Counted from the stretch's first letter, positions 34,523 through 48,812 are shown. The stretch is DNA of 64,000 nt from Veleropilina oligotropha (GCA_048128005.1 JBEUKZ010000010.1:682001-746000); one strand, 5' to 3'. Translations and numbers: made by a program. Notes: generated from the sequence alone by a model not told the origin.

Positions 34523-37325
34523 CCTTTTTTACAAAAAGGTCAAGACATAAAAATATATGTAATGAAAATGTTTCACCTTTCGTGATTTATTTATTAACAA
34601 CGCACAAGTTATATCTATACATGTGGTACTATACAGGTAGAGTCAATGCATGGTAATATTATTGTGACCATGCAGCCATCTCAGACCCTATGTACCTTAG
34701 GTGTTTACTATCTATCAGCATTTTTATTACCTGCTCAAGGAGGGTGGGTCTGTTTTCATGGTCAGTGCCATCACAAAAACATTTTTGACCAAAGTTGAGA
34801 TTGTGGGGGGAATGCATGGTTAAAGTTTATTTGATACAAATCTTAATATGGGCAAGTGAAAATTTTACCACTGTAAATGGTTACTTTTCATGCAAAATAT
34901 ATACATATACACCCATCTGATACTCAAATATGACTGTCATTAAATTTTACTGTTAATGATTCCAATTTGTCTGTTTTTTGTTTATAAACACATGTTATTA
35001 ATTATTTGCCTGGTGAAATTTAAGCGCCATATTAATCATAAAAGCCGGTATTTAATCAATCGGTGGTCGCCGAATATGATACTGATTGCTGCGTGGTTTC
35101 GGATTCAACCATTATTATGGGTTTTGCGATCTTTCTAGGAAATGATAAATTTATCCAGTATATGTGTCATACCGGGCCGGGGGCAGTGAGTATGATATTT
35201 CTCGCACCTGAGATAGACTGATCCCATTTTTTATCGGTGCTGGAAAATTCTATCTGGAACACTTTGTATTCATACGCAAGTTCTGTCTAGCACACTTTGT
35301 ATTCCTATGCACGTCGTCTGCAATGTTTGTAAACAAAGGATGGCGGATAGAAACTTTCATGTCGGGGATATCGTGAGCATAAAATAAAAAATAAAAAAGG
35401 AAAGATTTATTTATATTTATAAATATTTATTCCATTATTACGGAACTAAATTTGATTGCGTCGGAAGAACAACTGGTGGGAGGACGCTTCGGCAGCGCAG
35501 TGGGTAGAGTGTCCACTCTAAATTCACTGGCTTGATTCCGCTAATGCGAACAGTGGTGGGTTCAATACCTGGCTGAGGTATTGAAATTTGTTCAAGTTAT
35601 GAATCACAGTTGTCAGTGACTAGCCGAAGAGGGCGGGTTCAACCGGGCAACCGGGGTTTCCTCCCGCGATAACACAGACATGTCCTGCCTTGAACCTCGA
35701 TGTTGTAAATATACAGTAGGGTTCGTACAGATTTGAAAAGTACTTGAATTCTGAAGAAAAAATGAAAAGTACTTAATTCTTGCAAATACGCATGAGAAGT
35801 GCTGGAATTTCATTTTGGTACTTAAAAAGTACTTAAAAATCCAGAGTCGTGCTTTAAAAGTACTTGAATTTAAAGGGGGAAAAAATTAAAACTAAAACTA
35901 AAACTACTCTCAAAGTTCAGAATATTTACTGTAAATACGCGAAGGGACGTAACTCTGTAGTGAATGAACGAAAGTCGGTCTGATGGACAGGAGTAATTGC
36001 GGAATGTTGTCCGGCCCCGGTGCCTGAATATACTACGTTAAACTATATAGTGTGAATGGCACCGGCGATCCTCTATATGGTGCATAATTTACTGTCATGG
36101 AAATTGTGTTACGTCACTAGATATCGACAAAATGGGAAGATTAGATAGGGAAATATCATAATTCTTTTTCTAAAAAGGAGCCAAATGATTAAATAATTAA
36201 TAAATAATTAATATGCAACAGATTGCAAGATAGGAATTTTATAACTATGTATACAAAAAGATGAAAATTGTCAGAAAAAATGAGATTATGTAGGACAATC
36301 ATCGTGTCCTGGATAGGAATTAGTTGATCACCTCGGTTTATTATTTGCAATTCCCGTTATTTCCTTTTTTTAGTTGACCCAACCACATTTCAGGAATTGA
36401 AATAAATCTTTCTGGACGTAATTAATGCAAAACAAATTAAATAAAAGTATGTTATTCATCCCTCTCCAATTTGTGTCTTTTCGTTACGTCACTACAAATA
36501 AATGCTGCAACAAATATTTGCACTAGTGTGACCCCTTCTTGTTAGCATCACGGTGATAATTTGCTTCTAAAGTATGTATGCATGTCGTAAAAGGAAATGC
36601 ATCATTTATTTTATTGATTTAAATTGGTGTTGATATATATGCAGCTGTGTCTTCGTCAAAATATTACGTCACTATATTGTGCTCTGTTATTGAAAAAAAT
36701 CAACGAATTTCATTTGTAAAAAAACAGCGTTTTTGGCCACATGATTTTTCGACACTGCATGATGAAGACACTGGTCCACTTTCTGGCACTGCCATGCAAC
36801 GACATTAGTGGGAATGGAAGTTGGTAAGTAGCGTCACTGATTACGTCACCATGTTACGCCTTAAGATAAAGTGTAAACAGTCTTACAAATATGTCATTGT
36901 GACGCTTTCATTTGCATAGAAGATCGATATCGTATATGTGTGGTAAAACTAGACTTCAAATGCTTGCATTTATCAATTTTCCATAGTTCTACTTTAGCAA
37001 AAGCACATGGAATTTTGCCTGGAAAGACACCAAACATGTTATTTTTGTGTCCAGCATTACATCATTAGACTGAATTCGTCTTTTTAAGTAGACTTGTATG
37101 GTTTGATGTGATCTAAGTGCATTATTCGACCCATAGTCACGAGTGGATCAGATCGTGATCAATTGCAAGCAGTGGAACTTCAGACAAATGGCATATATAG
37201 GTTAAAAGCTAATGAAGATGTAACATTGGACACGAATATAACTCTTCGTTGTTGGCGTCCTTGTTACATCATGATCGAAAATAACAATATTTTTCTGTTT
37301 GGTATAAGGAGACACTAACAATGAA

Positions 37326-37700
37326 ACAACTAGAAATATGTCCATCGGACACGAATGCCCCCACTGGCAGCCTTGACCATAGGGGCAGTGTACAAAGTAT
37401 CAAGTCAATCCATGAAGGCAAATAGAAGTTATAGCAGATTGGAGTTGCTTACACACAAATACTGGTTTGAAGAGCTAAGTCATTTGACCTTGGCCATACG
37501 GCGACATGGATGGGTCGCAGAAGCGAAGGATGAATGATGATAAGCAAGTGTACAAAGTATGAAGTCAATCCATGAAGGCAAATAGAAGTTATAGCAGATT
37601 GGAGTTGCTTACACGCAAATACTGGTTTCGGGACGGACGGGACGGGACGGACAAGAGTAAATCTAAATGCCACCCCAATAAATTGGTGGTGGCATAAAAA
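37326..37700 (-). mobile_element. Helentron-associated element, minus orientation
   Basis: AACTAG start, two ~160-bp core repeats, (GGAC)n microsatellite, ATGCCACC..GGTGGCAT-AAAAA end. Confidence 0.7.
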
Positions 37701-38599
37701 ATACAATGTAAGGAAACTGTAATCAATTTGATTCAATGCAAACGAAGGATAATTGTTTATTTTGTTACTTGGTGAGGGGTGTAACAATGACCCCAATTTC
37801 CAATATTGTCAGTGTCATTGTTACATCTTTTCCAATATTTTGGCTACATGTAGTTGAAAGGGACTTTAAATTTTTGTACCGTGTTCAAAAAAACTAAACC
37901 AAATAAGATAAATATATTCTTGGTATTGTAAGGTTATTATTCAAGGTGTAAACCGATGTGGTTACAAATAATGCTCAAGATGTAACCGAGACTCAAATTC
38001 TGACCACTTTTTGTGTCTTTGTTAAATCTTGCTTAGAGATCATTCAAATTGTAGATTTGTGGTACACAATTATCAAATTTCTATGTATCTTCCATGTTTA
38101 TGTGACTATTTAATAAACAAATCATTCATTTCTCCTAATAAGTGGGCATATGTCAATACATGACAGTTTGGTCATGATTTGGATGTAACATGGACTGCAT
38201 TTTCATATTATTAATATTGTACTATCGTATATATTATTTTGTAGATTGTTTCAACAGAACCATTAGAATCTCGATACTTTAGGAAACACAAACAAACATC
38301 TTTGAGGTGGATGGCTGAAGATGCTGTGTATGATATTCTGCCAAAAGATATTAGAAGCCAATTTCATTTCTCGGCCAATGAGAGAGCAGTATTTCTCGTC
38401 AATTATTGCTGAAGACGGCACTTTGCAGGTCTATTGTTTGCGATGCCTTACCCATTATTAAGAATAGGGGTGACAGGTTGTAATGTTAATATGGATCTTC
38501 TTGATATATTGGTAAAAAAGCTAATTATTTTGTAATAAATATGTGTTTCGATAACATAAATAGTTTAACAAATTAGATAATTATAAATAATTTGTGTGG

Positions 38600-38745
38600 A
38601 GAAATGAAATTAGCTTCTAAGTCGGTTAGACGGCAGCTTGTAGACTCTTATCAAAAAGTAGTCTCGCCCTACGGGCTCGACTCCTATTTTGCTAAGACTC
38701 TCCAATCCGCCATCTAACCTATACTTGTTCGACAACTTCCTGAAC
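38600..38745. repeat. Long imperfect hairpin, Crypton-like
   Basis: GGTTAGACGGC pairs with GCCATCTAACC; apical CTCGCCCTACGGGCTCG. Confidence 0.55.
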
Positions 38746-39339
38746 CTAAAATAGACTTAGTTGGCAGGAGAAAATTTTACATCTTTTCAGATAGATTAGG
38801 TGTCCAATTGACATATATTTTTAATATGCATGTGTTACTTTGTTTGTCACTGTATACAGTCAGTACTTTCAATATAATTATACTAATTGAGCCCAGCAAT
38901 TTATGGTATTGTTTAACTTTTCGTTGTATAATTTGTACGTAAGACATAAATAGTGACAGTATGAATATGTGGGGTGATAATGGCAAGGATAAATAATTCA
39001 AATTAACATTATCACTGTTTAATGATACATGGGGTATAACTCCACCTGTATATATAACGCGCAGTTATTTAAGGCACTGGGCTGATTATTCCTTTAAAAT
39101 CGAATAATTGTTGAAGTGTTCAACTTTGTTTTTTACAAAATTTGGTGAATAAAATGTGTTTTTCTTACTTTTTATATATTGGGATTCTGAATGACTTGGT
39201 GTACTACCGCTATACTAACTTCAATGAACCCGCAGAAAGGGATGTAGTGAAACAATTGAACTTCTGCTTTCAAAGAATCACACTTTGGTATCATATATCC
39301 CGGTGTGACCAGTTTTTCATTTGTTCCATTTTGAAGGTG

Positions 39340-39545
39340 GCGAATTTTGGCTTAGTGGATATGACACTGATCTACCATCCAAGGTCCTGGGATCAATTCC
39401 TGCGTGTGCCAAGGATTATTCTCATGAATGCCGTCTTCATTTCACACAGTGTCCGTCTGATCCGAAACAAAACGTTAAACCGAGGATCCCGACTGTAAAA
39501 GTGACACATACGCACACGAGGTCCAGACACTGCCACACATAAGCC
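39340..39545 (+). mobile_element. Degenerate tRNA-derived SINE (second family)
   Basis: TGGCTTAGTGG A-box-like and GGGATCAATTCC B-box-like motifs, followed by a SINE-like core. Confidence 0.5.
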
Positions 39546-39923
39546 AACTCAGTATTCTCTATATAATTGTTTATTAAGATAAGCATGATATAATGAGTTA
39601 CATTATACGCTAACAACTGTATTACATGTTCGAAATGACAATGAACTGCTTCGGTGGGTGAGTGGTGTGTCAGGTACTGAACATAGGAAGCCAGGCTGGC
39701 CCGGGTTCAAGGCCAGGCAATGGCTTATTCTACTGCTTAAAATAATAGATGGCATATCCCTAATGCAAGTCGTTCAGATCGGAGTAAGACCCTAAACTGG
39801 TTGTCCCGATTGAATTTCTAATGAAAACTCGTCACAGTGGTCGTAGAACAAAATTGCTAACTAATGGAAGAACCCTTGATTGAACATTATATAACTTGGG
39901 AATATATCGAGTCTTGGAGTTAA

Positions 39924-40170
39924 AAAGGAAAGGATCGATGCTTAATGTCCTGAAAATTTCCAACCATTTGGTTCAAAGCAGGATATGTCCGTATTATTGC
40001 GGGAGGTAAACCCGCCCTCTCCGACCAGTTACGGACAACTGTGATTCATAATTTGAACAAATGTGTGCTGCCCCTATCGAGGTTTGAATCCACTACTGTT
40101 TGCGTCAGCGGAATAAAGTCAGTGATTTTCGGAGTCCACAACCGATACCACTGTACTGTCGAAGAGGCCA
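39924..40170 (-). mobile_element. tRNA-derived SINE (same family as 34259)
   Basis: Reverse-complement similarity to 34259-34522; 13-bp TSD AGTCTTGGAGTTA at 39911-39923 and 40171-40183. Confidence 0.85.
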
Positions 40171-41524
40171 GTCTTGGAGTTAGAATACCAGCATCAGTCA
40201 ATACATGGAGCAGGTCTTGCAAGCCGGTCTCCTGATTCCAGCTTGGTTTGTAGGCTTGGGTTCGGAAGGAGATAAAATACTGTTTGAACTTCATCTGGAA
40301 GGTTCATCTATAACTTATGGGCATTGAAATGCATATACAAAGAAATATTCGTTCTATATATGACCTTCTCCAGTATTCGCAGTATGCTATAGTGTGTTAC
40401 CATTGAGAGAAATCTATGTAGCACATCTATATGGCCAGAACAACAACTAGAAGATCATTGAAGGGAGATTGTGAAACTATTTTTAAATATGGTAAGGCAG
40501 ATTGCTTTCCGATTTGGCCACATCCATCAACGTATAACCTTGTTTGGCAACATTGATACAAGGTCTGGTGATGTGACATGGACACTATTTTTTTCAAGCT
40601 ATCAATTCTCTATCAAAATTAAGGTAAACATATGTAAGACTGTTTATAAAAATTTAAGGTTTATTATATGTTACATTAATGATGTTTTTTCGTATCTATT
40701 ACTTTTTCTTGTAACAATTCAAGTCTATGGAAGGTGACATATGTGTCCAAGTTACATCTCAAGATAATTAAGGAACTTTATTTTATGTTTGTTTAATCAA
40801 TATGTTTGAATGTACCAGCATTAGTTCCATTTGAACATAATATTGATATGAATTATATATCGAGTCGATTGGTGATGTACACATTGATTTATTACACAAT
40901 TGAATAATGTTTGATGTCCATGTTACATCACTTTTGGAAGTACATTATTTCAAAAATTTAATAAGTTGGAGAATGTTGACGACCCTCACTTTAATGCAGC
41001 ATATGCAGGATTCATCAATATATGGTATGTGTTAACCTCTTGTGCCAGAACGAAATTTTTTTTGTTGAAAAGTCGTCCAAAATGTGATCTGATGATGTAA
41101 CGCGATTTTCATGACAGTAAATTATGCACCATATGGTACGTATCGTCGCTGTATGCTTGCTAAATTTTATTTTTCTGTGTACTTGAAAATTTTGTATTTG
41201 AAAAGTACTGGAAAAGTGCTTGAATTTCATCAAGTCTTGTCTGTACGAACCCTGTACAGGATATATTAAGCATCATTCCTCCCTCACAACTGGTGGGTGA
41301 TTGGGCTTTTTTAATACTAGTATACCAGGTAAACAAAGATGAAAATAGCTTTTGAAAGTGAAATCACATCATGCATACTAGTATATTGTCAACTTGACAG
41401 TTTGAGCTTTATCTTAATATATGTTATGAGTTTAAATCTTGTTGTCTTTTACAATTATTATTATTTAATAATACTAAGGAAATTGAATAAATATTTTTCC
41501 GTAAGTACAAGATTATAACTTACA

Positions 41525-42100
41525 TAGTTTGTTACTGACCGAATACGGATTTTACCGGGGTCAGTGGAAATTTCATATTGGGCGAGGCGACCCAGGTAAA
41601 ATCCGTAGTCGGTCACTAACAAACTCACTCAATATGTAAGGTATTTATCCTTTCGACGACCTGCAAATATATTATTACGTAATATTTTGAGAAACGCAAA
41701 TAAATATATATATTGTTACCGTCATCAACAATCTTTATCCGGCCGCATTTTCGCTAAATCCTCGTCAATCGTAAACAACACGTCACTAGGCGTTATTGAC
41801 GAGCATCTCTCTGCAGTCGACATTAATGAACTGTTTGACGACTTTTCACCACAGGAACTTAATATCTTTCAGACGAATAATCAGCGACAACTTCCAATGT
41901 TTTACGGGTGTAAAATCGACAACATCAACATTACAATAAACAAGTAATAAAATGTCCTTGAGTGACCTCGTTTTCCCGCCACCCGTACTCGTTGACGTGA
42001 TATGAAACGGAAGAACTAGATATGGTTATTTTACATGGTCAGCACGTGACGTGATGTAACCAATGAATGGACTAGAATGTTGTCGGAGGCAGGATAATAT
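41525..42100 (+). mobile_element. Crypton-like remnant (terminal hairpin plus C-terminal coding fragment)
   Basis: Hairpin TGACCGAATACGGATTTTACC / GGTAAAATCCGTAGTCGGTCA; ORF 41687..41947 ends MFYGCKIDNINITINK*, resembling Crypton/DUF3504-type C-termini as I recall them. Confidence 0.45.
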
Positions 42101-42208
42101 ATTTGATTGTGTCAGAAAAACAACTGGTGAGTGATTGGGTTATTTGAATACGCAAGGTAAAATCATATATGAAAATAGCTTTTACAAGCTGTTTTAGGTG
42201 CGAGAAAA

Positions 42209-42370
42209 ATAATCAAGCCCCACATTTGAGTTCCAGATATAGAAATATCAGTCTCGAGTGTGATGGTTCAACATTGCAACCACGGCTGACGCTTCGGTTG
42301 GGATTTGTTGCACCATCTCACCCTTGACTGATATTTCTCTATCTGGAACTCGATGCAGTGCTTGATTCTT
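42209..42370. repeat. Long imperfect hairpin, Crypton-like
   Basis: AATCAAGC..GAGTTCCAGATA.AGAAATATCAGTC pairs with GACTGATATTTCT.TATCTGGAACTC..GCTTGATT. Confidence 0.65.
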
Positions 42371-44949
42371 AGATGATTAATCTATTCAATTGCATTGACT
42401 ACAGCTTTTATATTGTAGGAGTTGAGATGAAATCTCGAGTAAGTCATTATAAGCCCATATTTACCAAGGACGTCATTGTGAAATACTAGTATGAGATCAC
42501 ATATATATGTAAATGTAAAGCTGTGAGACCGTGTGCTCAGCATATGGATCAGGAATACAAATCCACACCTTTATTTATTGTCACGCGAGATCATACTATT
42601 TCTATTTCTTTTGGTATCACGGAGGAAAAATGAAATATAATCCAAGCTTCACAAATGAAAGTAATAAACATCTATAGTTATGTTAATTATAATAAAGAAT
42701 CCATTAACTATATACTAGTTTGTTGAATTTGCTCTCTAAGTTAATATTTTACCACATTCACTTAAGGATCATAAGGGACTCCATCCCCACAAGATGCTGA
42801 AATAGCCTGTGATTATAATACAGCGGGTGCCAGGAGAGAAACATATGACTTTAATGATGTTATTGCAAACTCTTTATCACAACCCCAATTTTTTTAGACT
42901 TGTTGACTGGGAATGACCAATCATTCGCTGTCGATTATTTGTAAGTGATGCGGCAACTGGTAACGACTGATATTGCGTGTACAAATCTGTTTATTACTGA
43001 TCGATGACAGAACTGAACAATGAATTGGTAAAAAGTAGATGGCTTGTACCATGCATATGCAGTACATGGCATTGCTTGTACCATGCATATGCAGTACATG
43101 GCAAATATTGGACAACTTAAACTACCAGAATACTAATAGACTATTATCAGGTTGATATATATATCTCAGTTGCAAATTATGCGATTCATTAACAAATCCA
43201 TGCATCGCAGGGGCATTATAGGGTCATGGAATAGTAATGAAGCTAAACGAACCTCATGCAGATGTTATCACATGTTGCCTTTTGCATTAATTCACAAGAC
43301 TCCAGTTATAATGAATAGAATGGATGCTTAGAAATTTGCTGCTTCATTAGCATTCTTTATGCGTATAATTGTAGTCCGATTAACATTTATATCCGGTAGA
43401 CAGATGCTGTGAGCTTTAGGAAAGACATTTATTAGTAAAAAATGAATTCATGTTTCTGACATGGTGTAAACTAGTGGTAAGATTTAATTGTAACCCTGAT
43501 AACTTTGGGGGGATATTATGGTTTGGCGTAACGAACACCGTGTCTACCGCCACCGAGAGATTCCTCATTATCGCTTTAGACAGCCTGTCAGGTCATTTCT
43601 TAACCGAATGTTTTCAAATTGGGTATTTACAGTGGTTTGGGTGAGGACACGACACTTATAGATTTCATGTGTGGTCCGACCTCCAAGATGGCTGCTGTGG
43701 CCACCATCTTAGATTTTACGGTGGATACATATGCGGTCATGTCTCAATATGACCGTAGTATTGTTAGATTGAGACAATAAACACCAAAAAGGCACTCCAT
43801 ATATAATGAATGTAATCTGCATTTCCACAAGTCGTAGATGGATGCATCTTGACCAAACCAATTGTAACTGGGACTTGCATGATTTGACAAAACTCTTGAA
43901 TGTTTCTGCCAAATCTATGCATATTTTTTGGGGTGTATGATCCAAGAAGAAGGTTTGGACAACTGTGATTGATAACTGACAAAGGGTTTCTACATCTAAG
44001 ATATATATTACAGTATTGATATTGGCATAGATGCTGGTAAGCTTATAATCAATATCTACGAATTAAAAATTGATGAGAACACATATTTAATATTGATTAT
44101 ACTTACATATAATAATGCTATGCTCCTTTCCACTTCTTTTGTCACTGCAGATGGGTCGATCACGATCTATTTGCCAGGATTTAACCCTAATTACAATATT
44201 ATTCTTTCATTTTCTGTTTCCTGTTTCGTAACGATATGCTTTGCGCATCACATGCATGCCTCTGCTCTCAGCGACAGTCCAGTCATTAAAATCTAAACCC
44301 AAAGTTGATCCACACAGACACTTATTGCCTTATTCAAATGCTGTTCTTTCCAATCAAACTACGGAATTATATTACTGACGAGTAAAACCCTTCTCGCTTT
44401 GCTTCGGGGTGTACCAGATGCTTTTCTATGATTTCTGTAAGTTCTGCTGGCTGTACTCTGTTCAATCATTCACAGCGTTTCCTCGAGGCAAAACAGATTT
44501 TCTCATGTTTAGCAGCATGCGTGTCACAAATGTTTGCTCTATGCGTAGCCATTTAGTTGCAATGAATTTTTCTACGAAGAGATTTCATGAATAGGACTCT
44601 AGTGTGAAGTTCAATTTGGCATTGATTCTAATGCAGATCGTCGTAATAGCTTATTGGAGTAAATCGGACAATTTCCCCAAGTGACGTCGTTAGCCTAGCA
44701 TCTATGATATATATGATATCTATGCGTCTACTCCGCTCTCTACGTGATTGCCCTGATCTAGGGAAAGGCGTGAAAACTGATCAGTTTTATTAAGCAAATT
44801 TACATTTACCGTCAAAATCTACAAGATCGCTCATACCAAAAGTAGGCACAAATCGAAGAAACTCACAAGTTTATCAGTGTCGTTTTGTTTCCATGGAGAC
44901 TTGTGATTTGGGATGTTACTGGTGCCGTTCTAAGAAGTTAATCAATGAA

Positions 44950-44992
44950 TCCATTGGATTACGTTAATAACCACCCAAGCCAATCAGAACGC
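44950..44992 (+). promoter_or_regulatory. Candidate CCAAT boxes upstream of the putative first exon
   Basis: ATTGG at ~44954 and AGCCAATCAG at ~44978, about 190 bp upstream of ATG 45170. Confidence 0.35.
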
Positions 44993-45169
44993 TTCTTAGC
45001 TTGAGAATAATTTTGAGCTCATTGAAGGTGTAATCTGCTCGTCGAGACATTTGTTGTCACCAGTGAGAGGCACATGTCTGGAATACTCTGTTTGATGCTT
45101 GGAATGGTTTTGACTCGGATTGTAACTCTGACTTGAGATTCGTGACTCGTCTGATAGTCTGTGATTAGG

Positions 45170-45255
45170 ATGGGGAATAAACCATCCAGTCACATGTGCC
45201 AATGTCTGTCATCTGACCGACACAGGGCACATCCACAGGAGTTGCAAACTTTCAG
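45170..45255 (+). CDS. Putative first coding exon of the host WW-domain gene (MGNKPSSHMCQCLSSDRHRAHPQELQTF)
   Basis: ATG in AGGATGG context, N-myristoylation-like MGNKPS, donor CAG/GTATGT; phase 2 matches exon 56835. Confidence 0.55.
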
Positions 45256-47084
45256 GTATGTAATAACAATGAAACTTCAAAGAGAAATTTGTTTACGATT
45301 TTAATTTTTTCACTATATGTATATTGAAATTTAATTATGTGGGTTGAATTTGAATGCCATCCGCATAAATGAATAATTTTCGCAATTATTTATTAAAGTA
45401 ACATTTTATTAATACAGTATCTTAATAATGCATATTTGAATAGATCTCCATTTATCAAGTACCATGCATACAGCTAAAGGCACCGTCAGCTTTCTACTCT
45501 TCAGTTGTATCTTTTAATTATTAGAATTTAAATTCTTTCTTTTGTGGATTTGATGCTCGAAGATTTATATATTATTTCTGGAATCAGTGGCTGGTTAATG
45601 GAGGGAACAAGGAGATTAAATACCTTTAATCCCAGCGACTCTATACATGTATCACCAAATTTTTTAAGATAAATTTGATTACCTTATGTTTAAATTAATT
45701 TAAGATGCCATTATAGTTATTTGAATACTGCTGGAAAATGCATTTTGATGACATAATATATGTATGTCAGATAATCGAATATAAGTTTTTCTGTGTTATA
45801 ATTAGTTTTTAATTGAAAAAATTAATGGTATAGATAGTGAAAATTATGTTGACTACCATTCATCCACCATCTGATTGAATTAATCTATGCACACCAATGT
45901 ATGGTGTGTAATTCTCTTCACCAGTACCATGCTATATTCAAACCAAATTTGGATATGCTATATATTATAAAAACCTGTTTAAAAGTCTATCCTATAGTTT
46001 TAATTTTCCTGCATAATTATTCATTCATAAACTGAAAACATCATCTATTGAAATGAGACCCCATGCATTCCCAAACCCTTAATTATCCCTCTTTTATACG
46101 TCCTGGAAAGTTATTGCATACATTGATTAAAATATATTTCCGTAAAATGTAATTATTAAGTTAACATTTGCATATGTTGTGATTGCATGACAGCATCTTG
46201 GTATCATGTTCAGTAAATGCTTATACATATTACTAACAGGTCTGTAATAGATCTGGCATAGTATTGGCATAACGTAATCTTTTGCTTGGCCGCTGTTTGG
46301 ATAAGCGTGCCTGATTTGTCCACTAATTATTCTGAACGTTGGTCCGAAACTCCCAAATGAAAACATTTTGGCATGAAGACGCCATAAAAATTTGCTAGTG
46401 GAAAGACTGTATAAACAACAAAGCTATAGATTCTTCGAATTTCTCTATGCTGTAACTGCAGAAAAATAGAGCTTAAAGGCACAGCTGGAGTGTTGATTGT
46501 TTCTACATCATGTGCGTGCATACGGCTGCTTCAATTATTGACAATTTGCTGTCGGCATTGTGAGGACAAGTCGATGTGGTTGTCCACAGTGATATCTCGT
46601 CAAATCAAGATGTTCCCTATAGGATAAGCACTATAATGATTTCATATAAATGGTATCATTATTATATTGTTTTTCAATTATTTGGTTAATTTATCACAGA
46701 TATTCATAAATATTTGAGTTTTCGGCCACAGAAATGCAACCATGCCGGACAAAGCATTTTATTTATGTGTAATATCTATAATGTTGTCCTCTTTTGTTCA
46801 AATGTGTCTTTCCGCACAATAATCCTTTAATCTTAAAAGTCTATGCTGCAAAAACCTTAATGTTCCATGAAGATGAGCGTAATAATGCTCCATATCTGTC
46901 ACGTCTGACTTTTGGACACTGTTTTCTAGACCGTAACAGCTTATCATTTGTTGTCAATTATATCGTCATGGAATTCTCAATGGGACAATTTTGTGAATAT
47001 TCACCTTTCAAATGTCAAGGTGAACAAAATCATCTGTAAAAAGCGAGAAAATCCAGGATGAGCAATATAAACACGATTCTGTAC

Positions 47085-47230
47085 TTAGATGGTGGTTAAA
47101 TGTACCTACCCTCTCCCACTGCGATTGATAACTGAACCAAGAAGGATAATGCTCGTGCCGAGATTCATACCCACTCCTGTTTGTTAGCCAGTGATTTCAG
47201 AGTCGGCACTCGGCTACCTCGGCAGCCGAT
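47085..47230 (-). mobile_element. Degenerate tRNA-derived SINE
   Basis: Minus strand shows GCCGAG A-box-like and GGGTATGAATCTC B-box-like motifs; shares TCACTGGCT with the other SINE heads. Confidence 0.5.
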
Positions 47231-47324
47231 TCTGTACTCAGAGTACATCAGTACATGATTCAGTCATTTCATTGCCATATATTTACCACGCTCGCTATCA
47301 TCGTCACTAGACTCTGATGGCATT

Positions 47325-47645
47325 CATAGCACTATGAATGCCACTCCAATGGCATTCATAGTGCTATGGTGCCGGATGTGACGTATGATGAATAGTTGTG
47401 CGTATCTACTATATGTCCTAAGATGACCTCAATTCAAATATTACGTTTATTTTTACGGGATTCTGGTTAAATGCTGATGTAAATATAAGGATTGAACTGC
47501 AGTTTGATGGCATTTATGGTTGTATAAATGACACCCGCCATTCCATCTTCTCTATGAGAGCGCTGGCGCGCTCCCATAGAAAATGGAATGGCGGGTGTCA
47601 TTTATACAACCATAAATGCCATCAAACTGCAGTTCAATCCCTATG
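47325..47645. mobile_element. Palindrome-bounded non-autonomous element, Crypton-like
   Basis: Hairpin CATAGCACTATGAATGCCA / TGGCATTCATAGTGCTATG (~47325-47368) and a near-perfect ~150-bp palindrome at ~47489-47640. Confidence 0.6.
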
Positions 47646-48491
47646 TATTTACCATTCTTTTGCAAGAAACTCTTGAACTCTGATTCCACCTTCACATATG
47701 ACGTAACCATTCTTGTAATGACTTCCGAGTTCCTAAATATTTCACACTATATTGTATCAGATTCCGCTACTTATTGGATTACGCCACTATGTTATGAGCA
47801 TCCTGAACCGTTCTGTATAATTATGTCACATGTTATGAATTAAGAGTTCATCTTAATATTTCCTGAAATTAGGACCCGATTTGTCCAATTAACTTGCTCA
47901 GCAACAGATTGAATTCTTTGATGAATTTACATCATGTGTGAAGATTTCCGCGCTGAAACGAAGACATCATTACGTCTGTGATGAATAGCTCAACAATTAT
48001 GCATTGTATAGCAGCGACAGCATCGAGATGTTATTATCAATGTGGCATTGGATGCAAATGGTGCTCCAGTCTAAATTTGGTGTCATTAATGGAATTATAT
48101 TTGATATTATCAAGATAATGCCATGTTCTTGCATAAGGCATTATATAATAGCAGCATAGTTTCTATTCATATTGAACTAGCTTTTAACCCGTGCTCTGCA
48201 CGGCGAAATACTTGCTTCCGTTCGTGTTGATAAATTATGATCTGAAGTGGACACCATACATTAATGGCTTACGCAGCTTCAAACTCATTTGTACGTGACA
48301 TCATAATTTCCGCCCTCTCTCGTGAATAATTAGGTATCATACCACAGTCATCTGATTTGGCCCAGTTGAGAGAACTTGCACCGAGTGAACCAAGGTAACA
48401 GTGGACGCTCCCCCGTGTTCCGGGCGAATAAGACAAAAAATGCAAAATGTTAAGTTGTTGATTTCTTCAGTTATAAGGGGGGATACTAGTC

Positions 48492-48812
48492 TCAGGCTAG
48501 ATCCAAACAGTTTAGACCGACGGGTAGGAGTGTATGGAGCTGAAAAATCCAGTAATGTTCTCTGGAGTTCCTGAGGGATTTGGAACGGGAGTCGTCCGGA
48601 TCGCCATATATGAAATCGATGATCTCGAATTGCATATGTTTGAACGTGTGATTCGGTTTGTTAAAGTGGACGCCTGTTGGTTCGTCTTTGTTTAATCTTG
48701 CATAGCGGAGGTGTTCGCTTAAGCGATGTTTGAATTGTCTCTTGGTTTGGCCCACGTATTGGGATTTGCATAATTTGCAGGTGATCAGGTAAATGATGTT
48801 TTGTGAAAAACA
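48492..48812 (-). pseudogene. GIY-YIG endonuclease fragment of PLE
   Basis: NIIYLITCKLCKSQYVGQTKR..RLSEH..HF..H..RE.YWIFQLHTL.P.GLN, typical of PLE endonucleases. Confidence 0.92.

Larger units (their letters stand above)
35717..41254. mobile_element. Non-autonomous DNA transposon with 5-bp TSD (possibly hAT5-type), carrying further nested repeats
   Basis: TIR (T/C)AGGGTTCGTACAGA / TCTGTACGAACCCTG; TSD TACAG; subterminal AAAGTACTTGAA repeats at both ends; no transposase ORF seen. Confidence 0.88.
35481..41286 (+). mobile_element. Same SINE family, split by a 5.5-kb DNA transposon
   Basis: Head 35481-35716 and tail 41255-41286; 12-bp TSD ACAACTGGTGGG at 35469-35480 and 41287-41298. Confidence 0.88.
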
